A stretch of 52,475 bases of DNA from a virus (taxonomy: Duplodnaviria; Caudoviricetes). The notes under the pieces were generated by a model. The model saw only the letters and a program-made list of their open reading frames with translations, did not search any database and was not told the DNA's origin. Where the stretch lies: the IMG/VR virus record IMGVR_UViG_3300024291_000003, positions 1 to 52,475 of that record, one strand, 5' to 3'. Below are positions 1 through 8,310 of this stretch, piece after piece (within the stretch, counting starts at the first letter, position 1; every line of letters begins with the position of its first letter). A program made the position numbers and the translations under genes.

Positions 1-428
1 CCGCCCATAAAATAATTGAACTTTATTACATTCTCGGTTTTACCGGTCTGAGGCATATATTCAGGGCCCTCTCCAATCTTTAGATCGAAGAGAGTTTCCT
101 GAGATATACCACGAGTTTTAAACCACTCAATTACTTGATCGCGTATAGCAAACGACTTATCAGGATGTTCCGGATCAGGCTGCTCAGGTTTAATATATAC
201 CTTTTCAGCTTTACCTTTACGTTGATAAGTATGCAATTGAAATGATGTATTACAATTATGACAAGTACCGAGACCCCGTTCCCAATCGTAAGACGCACAC
301 TTTGCCTTTTGATTCTTGGGTTTTCTATCGTGAGAACATACAGGGCATGTGCCTTGTTTCTTTCCCTCTTCAAGCTTATGTATATTGAACTCGTCAATAA
401 CAAATCCATTGATCTCTAATGTCTGCAT
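1..428 (-). CDS. Primase (probably primase-helicase), N-terminal part; runs off the window
   Basis: Own translation from ATG at 428: MQTLEINGF...TCPVCSHDRK...TCHNCN...WFKTRGISQET. Zn-ribbon (two CxxC) plus RGI motif typical of T7 gp4/Twinkle-like primases. Not in the ORF track because it has no stop in the window. Confidence 0.85.
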   Translation of the reverse strand, partial: MQTLEINGFVIDEFNIHKLEEGKKQGTCPVCSHDRKPKNQKAKCASYDWERGLGTCHNCNTSFQLHTYQRKGKAEKVYIKPEQPDPEHPDKSFAIRDQVIEWFKTRGISQETLFDLKIGEGPEYMPQTGKTENVIKFNYFMG

Positions 429-445
429 TTAATTTAATTTAATTG

Positions 446-556
446 TTAATCCCCGTCTCTGCATTCTGGACATATATCGCAAAAATCTATTTCTTCTTGC
501 GACATACCAGCGTGACACATTTGACACGCCAGTTCGCCGTTGTTTTTATAATGCAT
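446..556 (-). CDS. 36-aa Cys-rich mini-protein
   Basis: MHYKNNGELACQMCHAGMSQEEIDFCDICPECRDGD; start overlaps the upstream stop (TAATG coupling). Confidence 0.55.
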   Translation of the reverse strand: MHYKNNGELACQMCHAGMSQEEIDFCDICPECRDGD

Positions 557-864
557 TAAAACGGTAGATCATCTGCAGGCGCAGGAGCCGGAGCTGCCTG
601 AGCTGGTTGGTCTTGCCTTGGAGCAGCGGGAACATTATCACCGTTAGTCCATACTACTTGAACATTTCCTAAATAAGTTTTACCTTGCTTAGCTTCACGC
701 TCTTCCTTTGTTTGTGCTACAACAATCGGACCTTGATTCCCAAATTGATCTACTTCATCATTGATAGTAATAGTCACAGGTAAATACTTACCTTTCTTTC
801 CAATAATGATTTTGTCTTTTGGTATCTCGTTTAGATTGATACTCGCTTTAATAATACTTGCCAT
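556..864 (-). CDS. Single-stranded DNA-binding-like protein
   Basis: Beta-rich core, Pro/Ala linker and acidic C-terminal DDLPF tail typical of SSBs; lies between recombination genes and primase. Confidence 0.65.
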   Translation of the reverse strand: MASIIKASINLNEIPKDKIIIGKKGKYLPVTITINDEVDQFGNQGPIVVAQTKEEREAKQGKTYLGNVQVVWTNGDNVPAAPRQDQPAQAAPAPAPADDLPF

Positions 865-866
865 TC

Positions 867-1043
867 TTAATATTGATTTACTTGATTAAACATTCTTTGC
901 AACTGTTGTTTGGTTGCGCCGCTATTCCGCCTTAAGTTGTCTACGGCTTTTACATGGTTTTGGTTTGTGTAAAAGTTTGTAATTTCAGTTCTTAATCCCG
1001 TTACGGTACATACTTTTGTTACTGGTTTTCTGGTTCTTCCCAT
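867..1043 (-). CDS. 58-aa hypothetical protein
   Basis: Own translation MGRTRKPVTKVCTVTG...NQY; fills the gap in the operon. Confidence 0.6.
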   Translation of the reverse strand: MGRTRKPVTKVCTVTGLRTEITNFYTNQNHVKAVDNLRRNSGATKQQLQRMFNQVNQY

Positions 1044-1054
1044 TTTGTTTAAGT

Positions 1055-1786
1055 TTAAAGGGTTTTGTTAATAAAATAATTGTTTGGATCGAAATCCGGG
1101 TTATTGTAAAACAGCTTGTATTGTTCTGCTGCCTGTTGAACTTTGTCTGCTCCACGCTGATAAAACTCAGGAGAGCAATCAAATATTCCTATTTGATGAG
1201 TTGTTTTATCCATTACTATGAATAACATCTCGTAGCCAAATAGTTTACTATAAATATAAGCTTGCGAGTCATAATTGTATCTCCATGCTGAGCTACGGAA
1301 TTTTGTAATATCTCCGGTGGTTTTTAAATCAATTACTAAACCTTCTTCGTGATTTACAATATCCGCTTTGCCTTTCCATTTCAATCCCTCTAACTCAGTA
1401 ATCCCAGGCTGTTCATAATCTACTTTGGAGCCTCTTATTAATCCTCTGCAGACATCGTTTTCCATTAACTTGTCCGTCATTAAATCAATTTGATCTACCT
1501 CTTTTTGTAGAAGACATAGCTCTCCGCCTGAGATCTCTCTATACGCTTTAGTATTCCTTGTTGAACTTTCTACTATCCTATACTTCTTTAACTTGTCTGG
1601 TTCAAGAATAGCCGTGTGAAAGTAACCACCAACTAAAAATGCTGATGATGGTTTCATTGGAGTACCTAGCGCTAAAGGATTTGTCATTAAGGTTGAGATG
1701 TCGCTATTTGATAAGTATTGTTTTCCAAACTTACCATAGTAGTTTTCATCTTCTCTTAATTTTTCAATAGCTACTTTATCGTCCAT
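1055..1786 (-). CDS. PD-(D/E)XK RecE-like exonuclease
   Basis: LSNSDI, G.YFHTAILEP, KGKADI, IDLKTT and YDSQAYIY motifs; adjacent to ERF. Confidence 0.85.
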   Translation of the reverse strand: MDDKVAIEKLREDENYYGKFGKQYLSNSDISTLMTNPLALGTPMKPSSAFLVGGYFHTAILEPDKLKKYRIVESSTRNTKAYREISGGELCLLQKEVDQIDLMTDKLMENDVCRGLIRGSKVDYEQPGITELEGLKWKGKADIVNHEEGLVIDLKTTGDITKFRSSAWRYNYDSQAYIYSKLFGYEMLFIVMDKTTHQIGIFDCSPEFYQRGADKVQQAAEQYKLFYNNPDFDPNNYFINKTL

Positions 1787-2341
1787 TTATAGTGTTTTTA
1801 ATTCTGCCTCTATTTCTTTTGATAGAGAATACTTAGCTTTTATGGCTTCAATTTTACCACCTGCTTTTACATAATCGATCGCTTTGCTAAAAGCTGGATC
1901 TTTCTTAGAGGTTAAGGTTTCTTTGTTTTTAGCCGCGGAAGCTTTTCCGTGTGAGTTTGTAGCATCACTATCTGCAGTATCGTCGATTAGAAATAAATTC
2001 CCAAGAGCATACTTTTTCCCATAACTAGAAGCACTACCAAACTTTTGAGGCATTTGCATACCTTTTTGTTGAAGATCAATACCAACAATGGCTTTAGCGT
2101 GTATAGCAAGATCTGCATCGCCGTCACTTATTGTAGCTGTTGATTCCAATATAGGGAATGGGTCGCTAGCAATTAACTTTTCATTAATTGTAACAGTTAC
2201 TCCTAACTCTAATAGATAGGGTTTTGTTGCTTCTAGGATGTCTTCGGCTGATCTGAAGTTGTATTTGCCGAATGAATTAAATCTACTTTTTTTCGATTTA
2301 AACTTTGTCTGGATAGTTGCCAGTTTTTTATTTAAGGTCAT
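1787..2341 (-). CDS. ERF-family single-strand annealing protein
   Basis: FNSFGKYNFRSAEDI and QKFGSASSYGKKYALGNLFLIDD..D.D signature. Confidence 0.9.
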   Translation of the reverse strand: MTLNKKLATIQTKFKSKKSRFNSFGKYNFRSAEDILEATKPYLLELGVTVTINEKLIASDPFPILESTATISDGDADLAIHAKAIVGIDLQQKGMQMPQKFGSASSYGKKYALGNLFLIDDTADSDATNSHGKASAAKNKETLTSKKDPAFSKAIDYVKAGGKIEAIKAKYSLSKEIEAELKTL

Positions 2342-2390
2342 AAGGTTTTTGTTTTGGTATATTAATATAATTACACATTTTATTCATAAG

Positions 2391-3149
2391 TTAAAGATAA
2401 TCAATCACTTGGTTTGCGTCAGTGTTAGCGATTAGTTTATCTATTGCCTCTTTTTTAATCTGAGAAACACGCACATTTGCAGTGTCCATACTCATACCTA
2501 AAAACTTAGCTATATCATTAGCAGACATTTTATCGGTATCTAAACCAAAGCTTAAACGTAGTACATGATATTGTTGCTCGTTCAAATGTTGCTTCATTAA
2601 ACTTAGCAAGTAAGTATTTAGTATAGCTATGTTATAAGGCTCTGATTCGTCTGGTACTTGAAACAAAGGGTTTTCTTCGTTAGTATTAAAGTTAACGTCA
2701 ATACTAGAAAATATCGAATTAAAAAACATTGTAACGATTTTTTCGTCTTTTGGATTTTTTCTAATTTCATTTAGTTTATGTTCAGGTATACGTATATCAC
2801 CTCTGTTAATATCTATTGCACGTCTAATTGCTCCTTTAATTCTTTTACTAAAAAAGCTTTTAAGTGTTTTTTCAATATCTTCAGAGTCATTAAGTTTAGT
2901 CCATTCTAATTTGTCAACCGCTAGCACTAAACCTCTACTACCTTCTTGTATTAAGTCGTTAATACTTAAGACACCGGATGCTTGGTCACTCGTGGAAAAC
3001 TTTCTAGCTAGATTCTCTACTAATGGTAAAAACTTTACAATTAATTCATCTCTAGTATATTCGTCATAAAACTTACCCTCTAGGTTACATATAGAAGTCT
3101 TTAGATCCTCTTTGTATCTTATGTAGTTTTGTATGTTATATTTTTTCAT
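2391..3149 (-). CDS. Phage sigma-70-family RNA polymerase sigma factor
   Basis: Region 2 (LPLVENLARKF, DLIQEG..GL..AVDK, IKGAIRRAI, IRIPEH) and region-4 HTH (VLRLSFGL...DIAKFLG...RVSQIKKEAIDKL). Confidence 0.9.
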   Translation of the reverse strand: MKKYNIQNYIRYKEDLKTSICNLEGKFYDEYTRDELIVKFLPLVENLARKFSTSDQASGVLSINDLIQEGSRGLVLAVDKLEWTKLNDSEDIEKTLKSFFSKRIKGAIRRAIDINRGDIRIPEHKLNEIRKNPKDEKIVTMFFNSIFSSIDVNFNTNEENPLFQVPDESEPYNIAILNTYLLSLMKQHLNEQQYHVLRLSFGLDTDKMSANDIAKFLGMSMDTANVRVSQIKKEAIDKLIANTDANQVIDYL

Positions 3150-3154
3150 ATTTT

Positions 3155-3187
3155 TATTATCGAAACAAGATCGTGTTTATTTTGTAA
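3155..3187 (-). promoter_or_regulatory. Conserved phage promoter, copy upstream of the sigma gene
   Basis: TTACAA-N4-AACACGA-N8-CGATAATA. Confidence 0.7.
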
Positions 3188-3812
3188 ACGGATCCGCTTG
3201 TTGATTAAGTAGTTCTTTTTCTTTTTTAAGTTCATTGCCCATGTTTCTATATATAGTTCTAGTGGAACAACCTAAATTTTCTGCAAGTCTAGCTACTGTT
3301 ATTTTAATGCCATAATCGTTAATTAATAGCATAGCGTCATATATTTCATTTTCGGTTATACTTTTACGACCGATCAACTTTCCTACTATAGATAGCTTTT
3401 GTCGCATATCAAGTCCTGTAAAGTCTTTAAATATTACTTTACGTAGCTTGTTTGGCGGAGGTCGCTCTAAATCCATAAGAGATACATCGTATACCATGCT
3501 TTGCATTAGATTGTTTGAAACTTTAAAAGTAACAAATCCCGATCTCTTGTTGCACACGTGTTCTGCGATAGAATTAAAGCTCTCTTGGTCCAGTTGTGGA
3601 TTAAGATACCATAATACATACAAATGCCATTTAAGACTCTTATATGTAGTTATTTTAGCGCGCGAGTTGAATAGTGTATAGCATTGGTGCGTTCCGTTTT
3701 CATAGTGCCAACCCCATTCATAGGTTTTTGTTGGCTTGTCTGACCACGGAAAACATCTATATATTATACGATGCTTATCTAGGTATTTGGTATTTCGGTC
3801 GTAGTATGACAT
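3177..3812 (-). CDS. DNA-binding protein with C-terminal HTH
   Basis: C-terminal KITVARLAENLGCSTRTIYR helix-turn-helix; start codon overlaps an inverted-repeat element. Confidence 0.7.
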   Translation of the reverse strand: MSYYDRNTKYLDKHRIIYRCFPWSDKPTKTYEWGWHYENGTHQCYTLFNSRAKITTYKSLKWHLYVLWYLNPQLDQESFNSIAEHVCNKRSGFVTFKVSNNLMQSMVYDVSLMDLERPPPNKLRKVIFKDFTGLDMRQKLSIVGKLIGRKSITENEIYDAMLLINDYGIKITVARLAENLGCSTRTIYRNMGNELKKEKELLNQQADPFTK

Positions 3813-3850
3813 TAGGTTCTTACTATTAATTATATATTAGCTATCGTCAC
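3806..3850. repeat. Inverted-repeat element, copy 1
   Basis: ATGACATTAGG-23 nt AT-rich-GCTATCGTCAC. Confidence 0.75.
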
Positions 3851-3851
3851 A

Positions 3852-4073
3852 TTAGTAGATTAAAATCTTTAATCTTCTGTTGTACTTTCTTAAAAGCTTT
3901 GCTTTATTTTCTATGTTGCCATACAAAACAGTTATGTTTTTATTATAACTATATTCTCCTTTGAATGACGCAGTCACTATCTCATTATGAAGTAGTAGTA
4001 TTCTGTTTTCTAGAAACTTTACGTGCTTTACTTTTCTTCTGTTCTTTTTTAATTTTCGTATTAATGTTCGCAT
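3852..4073 (-). CDS. Basic hypothetical protein
   Basis: 73-aa ORF coupled to its neighbours. Confidence 0.55.
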   Translation of the reverse strand: MRTLIRKLKKNRRKVKHVKFLENRILLLHNEIVTASFKGEYSYNKNITVLYGNIENKAKLLRKYNRRLKILIY

Positions 4074-4552
4074 AATTCGTTGATGTAATGTGGTCGTATA
4101 ATTTTTTGCTCATTTTTATTTTTTACTTTATGTTTGTCTTGTTCGTAATAATTCCAGTACGCAGCTAAGCTACTAGATTCTTTGTATTCGTCGGGCATAC
4201 ATTGTGGTGGTTCAACAAATCCGTTGTCCGGGATTCCACTTGGTGGATACATTAAAGCCTCACGACACTTAGCAATGCTGAGGTGATGTTTATTGTATCT
4301 GTTTGTATATTCCCGACCGAGTGCAAGCATGTGATCATAGAGCCAGTTGTAATGGTGTACACTTTCTCTTACCCATATAGTACTTGGGTGATTAAGATGC
4401 GCTTTTTTGTATGGTACATTATCACCGTTGTTAAATACGTGGTGAGCTGTGCATAACATTTGAGCTGACTCTAAGATCATTTTTACTTTGTGCTTGTCAT
4501 AAAAGAAACTAGCAGCTTTAGCGGGGTCTGGGTGTAAATAAAATATATTCAT
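4061..4552 (-). CDS. Pyrimidine-dimer DNA glycosylase (endonuclease V-like family)
   Basis: MNIFYL...DKHKVKMILESAQML...HLNHPSTIW...EYT.RY.K.H motifs. Confidence 0.75.
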   Translation of the reverse strand: MNIFYLHPDPAKAASFFYDKHKVKMILESAQMLCTAHHVFNNGDNVPYKKAHLNHPSTIWVRESVHHYNWLYDHMLALGREYTNRYNKHHLSIAKCREALMYPPSGIPDNGFVEPPQCMPDEYKESSSLAAYWNYYEQDKHKVKNKNEQKIIRPHYINELCEH

Positions 4553-4663
4553 CTATTTATATCTTTTATTATTAACTCTATTATAATGTTTGTCTAATAA
4601 GAGGTGGGCTACTTCCTCGCTTATTCTGTTTTCGTTGTATAGTTGCCATATTAATTTATTCAT
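4553..4663 (-). CDS. Small hypothetical protein (MNKLIWQLY...)
   Basis: Internal ATG of track ORF 4553..4762 that overlaps the end of the ligase gene. Confidence 0.5.
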   Translation of the reverse strand: MNKLIWQLYNENRISEEVAHLLLDKHYNRVNNKRYK

Positions 4664-5483
4664 AGTTACGTAAAGTTTTATACAGAGGGTGGCGATAACT
4701 ATTAGCTTTAGTACGCTCGAAATAAGTGAACGTTGCACGTTTGCCAATATAGTCGTCAACATTGTTTAGTATGTCACGGCGGTCTTGAAAGTTGTAGCCT
4801 TTGCCGATAGGGCAGCCGAACTCAATACCATCGTCGTCACACATTAGAAACTTACCGATTAAGCCAGTAAATTTGCCTTTACCGGGTACATAGCCTACTA
4901 TTGTCGCCTCGGTATCGTGAAAATCTTTAAACTTTTGTAGGTTATAAGATCGTTTACACTCGTAAACACCGTTTAAACGCAAAATAGAGCCTTCGTAGCC
5001 TTCGTCAAGCCAGTTTTCGTGTATAGCATTCGCTAGATCACGGGTTGCAACAGGATGTGTTGGTACATACTTAACACAATAAGAATACAATGCTGCAGTA
5101 GACAAAAATTTCATACGCTCTTCAAACTTAGCTGAGGTATCGATATAATCGTAGCAATGGAATTGCACGAGATCACAGGATTCGACACGATCAACAGCGG
5201 TTGGTTTGGTTTTACGAACAAGTGAAATGATTTTTTCGAAATCACTTTTTAGGTCGTGGTTGTATAATTCGCCGTCGAGTATTAAATCAGGGTATTGCTT
5301 AAACACTGGCTTAAGATTGGATAATATGTGGTCAATGTTTAGCCACGGTTTGCCTGTACGCGAGAACGCACCGTCTTTAGAGATTACGCAACGTACGCCG
5401 TCAAGCTTAGGTTGCATGAATACTTTCTCGGACCAGTCGACAGGTTTTTTGTCTACTTTGTATGCGAGCATTGGTTTTATCAT
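4656..5483 (-). CDS. ATP-dependent DNA ligase
   Basis: KPMLA, motif I QPKLDGVRC, LDGELY, YEGSILR, KRS..LQKFK and OB domain. Confidence 0.95.
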   Translation of the reverse strand: MIKPMLAYKVDKKPVDWSEKVFMQPKLDGVRCVISKDGAFSRTGKPWLNIDHILSNLKPVFKQYPDLILDGELYNHDLKSDFEKIISLVRKTKPTAVDRVESCDLVQFHCYDYIDTSAKFEERMKFLSTAALYSYCVKYVPTHPVATRDLANAIHENWLDEGYEGSILRLNGVYECKRSYNLQKFKDFHDTEATIVGYVPGKGKFTGLIGKFLMCDDDGIEFGCPIGKGYNFQDRRDILNNVDDYIGKRATFTYFERTKANSYRHPLYKTLRNYE

Positions 5484-5764
5484 AATTTATTTAGTTTAGT
5501 TTCTATTTTTTTTATTTTATTATTTATTATTGCTGCTTTTTCATATTGTTCGCGCTCTTCATACTGCGTTAAAAGAGTCATAAGTCTAGCTAATTCAGCT
5601 AATAACAACTCTTCTTCTGACGCATGTAGTAAGTCATTGCCCGAAAACATAGTATTTACATCGTTAGTAAACTGCAGATCCCATTCTTTTTGCTTTTCAA
5701 TTAAAGCGTTAAAAACGAGATCCGCAATCTTAACTGCTAGTTTATCTAGCTCGCCTTCACTCAT
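5480..5764 (-). CDS. Hypothetical protein with UVR-like C-terminal coiled coil
   Basis: EQYEKAAIINNKI resembles the UvrB/UvrC motif. Confidence 0.55.
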   Translation of the reverse strand: MSEGELDKLAVKIADLVFNALIEKQKEWDLQFTNDVNTMFSGNDLLHASEEELLLAELARLMTLLTQYEEREQYEKAAIINNKIKKIETKLNKL

Positions 5765-5994
5765 TAAGCGTAAGAGAATTTATATACAGGTAGTACATAC
5801 TTGTTAATAAATTTACCCTTAGACTCAGAAGTACGTAGGCCTTCGAACACGTGGTTCGGCACTTTGTGGTAATTGTACGATTGACCGTTGTTAAACTGTA
5901 GTTTTAAACGATAACTTGAATACTCATAGATAGCGTTTTGAATTGCAGTGGAGTTAACCTGTACAATTTGTTTTGGTAGAATTAATTTGTTCAT
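5764..5994 (-). CDS. KTSC-domain protein
   Basis: VNSTAI...Y...L.LQF.NG..Y.Y..VP..VF..L..SESKGKFIN. Confidence 0.9.
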   Translation of the reverse strand: MNKLILPKQIVQVNSTAIQNAIYEYSSYRLKLQFNNGQSYNYHKVPNHVFEGLRTSESKGKFINKYVLPVYKFSYA

Positions 5995-6019
5995 AAATTT
6001 AATTGTTTTTATTTGTTAT

Positions 6020-6052
6020 TATTATCGTTTTACATTCGTGTTTATTTTGTAA
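6020..6052 (-). promoter_or_regulatory. Conserved phage promoter
   Basis: TTACAA-N4-AACACGA-N8-CGATAATA upstream of KTSC. Confidence 0.8.
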
Positions 6053-6053
6053 G

Positions 6054-6659
6054 TTAATGAAATACTAAACCTACTTTATTTGTTTTATTAAACCACCTAG
6101 TAGCATACAAATCTACTGAAGAAGCGTCAGTATAACCAGCAGATATAAGATCGCTATTACTAGAAAATATTTTGGTGTGTCGGTGTTTTCTTTCATTTAT
6201 TAAATGTTTTTGTTTACCTGAATCACTGAATATAATATCGTAATTGTCTGGTAATGAAGTTTTTAAGATCATATCTACCATATTGGTGTAACTGTAAAAC
6301 CGTACGTCTGGGTTGTGTATAGCAATTTGAATCCACTTTTTTAGATATGCGGGTGAGTAGTAGTCTCCGCTATCATGGACTCTTACGTAATCTGGTTTTT
6401 TACGTTTTATCTCAGTATTCATTGCATCAATAAACTCATCGGTCTTGGTTAGCTCGTATCGTTTCTCAAACGCCGGCTTTACGTTACTCCATATATATGC
6501 TCCTTTCTTAGCATAACAGAATTTAACACAGGCATCCGCCATAGGGCACGTTAATTTACCGCTCGCAGATTTATATGCGGGAATGCCGAAATTAAATACC
6601 CTTAGATTAAGGCTTTTGGATGTTTTCTTTAGTTTAGAGTTTTGTGTTAGTAAATTCAT
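6054..6659 (-). CDS. gp88-like Cys-cluster protein
   Basis: NSKL, TCP.A.AC..FCYA, VRVHDSGDYYS and FYSYT motifs. Confidence 0.75.
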   Translation of the reverse strand: MNLLTQNSKLKKTSKSLNLRVFNFGIPAYKSASGKLTCPMADACVKFCYAKKGAYIWSNVKPAFEKRYELTKTDEFIDAMNTEIKRKKPDYVRVHDSGDYYSPAYLKKWIQIAIHNPDVRFYSYTNMVDMILKTSLPDNYDIIFSDSGKQKHLINERKHRHTKIFSSNSDLISAGYTDASSVDLYATRWFNKTNKVGLVFH

Positions 6660-6660
6660 A

Positions 6661-6933
6661 TTAGTCTAATAATACCATATAAGCTTCAACATTGTTCTTG
6701 CGAAACCAGTTGAGTGCTTTATGGAAGTCGTTAATTTGTTTTGTTGTTACCGTCTTAGGTGCTACTTCAAACACGTATTGGCTACCCATTATAAAATCAT
6801 ACATAGATAGCTCAATACCGTTTAGGTTAAAGCTTTCGCCACTAAATTTATTAGTAACTTCTTCACCTTTATCGTAGATCATACCTTTAAACCATTTAGG
6901 TATTGTTTGTTCTTTAATCTTCGTCATCGCCAT
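6661..6933 (-). CDS. Hypothetical protein
   Basis: 90-aa ORF ending AYMVLLD, in operon. Confidence 0.7.
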   Translation of the reverse strand: MAMTKIKEQTIPKWFKGMIYDKGEEVTNKFSGESFNLNGIELSMYDFIMGSQYVFEVAPKTVTTKQINDFHKALNWFRKNNVEAYMVLLD

Positions 6934-7270
6934 CTATTCTGAATAAGTCTTCAATTTCACTGCAAATGTTTTCTTCAAGATCATCTGTGTAGTTGAATTC
7001 TATGTTAGACACTTCTACTCTATTATCGTAGTTTAATTCAAAGTCAATATCGTAGTTGTCGGCATTATCGAATTGATAGCCTCGTATACCTTCGCACACG
7101 GCTTCACGTATTTGATCTCGTATTTCTACAGATATTACAGGTTTGTTTACATCAGCGAGCTGTACTTTAGCTTCTTGTAATTGCTTAGCAAGTGCTGTTT
7201 GATCGGTTTCGAATTGCGTTAACGCAGCGGTTAACTCTTTTACTTTTAATTCTAATTGTTCTTTAGTCAT
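6914..7270 (-). CDS. Hypothetical protein, coiled-coil N-terminus, acidic C-terminus
   Basis: 118-aa ORF in operon. Confidence 0.7.
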   Translation of the reverse strand: MTKEQLELKVKELTAALTQFETDQTALAKQLQEAKVQLADVNKPVISVEIRDQIREAVCEGIRGYQFDNADNYDIDFELNYDNRVEVSNIEFNYTDDLEENICSEIEDLFRIDGDDED

Positions 7271-7271
7271 A

Positions 7272-7517
7272 TTATTCTTGTTTTATTAAAATGTTTTCAC
7301 CATATTTGAAATCCCACGCTGAAACTTTATAAAATTCTAGATGGGTAAATGTGTATAGCGAGCTAACGTCGCTAATTTTTAATTCACTATAGAACTCAGT
7401 ACTTGATAAAGCGTTGACTATAGAGTCTATACTTGCTTGATACTTTTCGTTTTCAGGTGAATGTAATGCTTCTTTGATTTCTGGCTTTAGCCTTTGATAA
7501 ATTGTTAGTCTACTCAT
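7272..7517 (-). CDS. Hypothetical protein
   Basis: First ORF after the promoter at 7536-7568. Confidence 0.7.
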   Translation of the reverse strand: MSRLTIYQRLKPEIKEALHSPENEKYQASIDSIVNALSSTEFYSELKISDVSSLYTFTHLEFYKVSAWDFKYGENILIKQE

Positions 7518-7535
7518 AATTGTTTTTGTTTATTA

Positions 7536-7568
7536 TATTATCGTTTATTGTTCGTGTTTTGTTTGTAA
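7536..7568 (-). promoter_or_regulatory. Conserved phage promoter
   Basis: TTACAA-N4-AACACGA-N8-CGATAATA. Confidence 0.8.
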
Positions 7569-7750
7569 ATGTCTTCAAAGTTTTCTAAGGCTAATTTGTA
7601 GCCAAAGTTTTTCGCCATTTGCATTAGTAAAAAGTCGTTTGTACCGTTATTTGCCTTAGTGAAGGCTTCTAAATAATCTTCGGTAGGCGTAGCCACAATA
7701 CCTCGATCGAGCATTTGATACTCTTGTTTAATGAAATTCTTTATATCCAT
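7538..7750 (-). CDS. Hypothetical protein
   Basis: 70-aa ORF with AT-rich leader, just downstream of the mini-tmRNA. Confidence 0.65.
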   Translation of the reverse strand: MDIKNFIKQEYQMLDRGIVATPTEDYLEAFTKANNGTNDFLLMQMAKNFGYKLALENFEDIYKQNTNNKR

Positions 7751-7769
7751 AATATTTAATTTTAATTAG

Positions 7770-7849
7770 TGGAGGTGGAGAGATTCGAACTCTCTTCCGC
7801 AGTGTTTCCCATATAGGGCTTTACACCACGTCAATACCAGGTCACCCCC
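7770..7849 (-). ncRNA. Miniature tmRNA-like RNA (tRNA-like domain only)
   Basis: GGGGGUG/CACCUCC acceptor with G3-U70 and A discriminator; stemless D-loop ending UUGAC; P2 GUGGUGU/ACACUGC capped by a short hairpin; GGAA linker; T-arm GAGAG-UUCGAAU-CUCUC. Confidence 0.85.
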
Positions 7850-7853
7850 TGTT

Positions 7854-8035
7854 GTAACTAGTGAGGATTCGAACCTCATACTCGTCAGTAGTAAACCTAC
7901 CTAGTTGCCGCTAGAATCGGCCTCTGAAAACAACCGCATGAACTTATCGCCGCGATTGCCCTCCTGCCTTGCCATCTAGCATCGGTTTTCGTATTTTCTA
8001 TAGAGCCATATACCGTAAAACTCTGCCACTAGCTA
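7854..8035 (-). ncRNA. 182-nt tRNA-like RNA with a large internal insertion
   Basis: Acceptor UAGCUAG/CUAGUUA, then UGGCAGAG D-arm start; T-arm UGAGG-UUCGAAU-CCUCA; no canonical anticodon arm identifiable. Confidence 0.7.
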
Positions 8036-8096
8036 TTCACTTATGTACACACGTATCTCCTCCCTGAGTTCCTATGTGTCTAATTAAGCTACTCGT

Positions 8097-8285
8097 CTAG
8101 CGTCTTCGCCAAGATTTATGCACTAAGGCACTTAGTTCTTGACTAACTATCTGTATTGTATTACCAGTTTTATGTTCTATTATTGGTACATAACTATAAT
8201 CTTGAACAGTGCTACAAGGTACACATGTTTTATAACCATACTCTATCCTGATCGGATGAACTTCAACTCCGCATTTACAATACAT
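8097..8285 (-). CDS. Small zinc-finger protein
   Basis: MYCKCG...HPIR...GYKTCVPCS; resembles DksA/TraR-type C4 finger; first gene after the promoter at 8314. Confidence 0.7.
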   Translation of the reverse strand: MYCKCGVEVHPIRIEYGYKTCVPCSTVQDYSYVPIIEHKTGNTIQIVSQELSALVHKSWRRR

Positions 8286-8310
8286 AATATTTTATTTTTA
8301 TTTGTTACAT

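Noticed and set aside
131-409. Track ORF 131..409 (-)
   Set aside because: Out-of-frame shadow of the primase ORF starting at 428
7770-7849. Ordinary tRNA-Ala or tRNA-Ile gene
   Set aside because: No D-stem, no 5-bp stem with 7-nt anticodon loop; the ends match the tmRNA layout instead
7890-7990. SsrA tag ORF in the tRNA-like insert (a frame reads ...ILAATR-stop)
   Set aside because: LAA is not terminal and there is no recognisable resume context; not supportable
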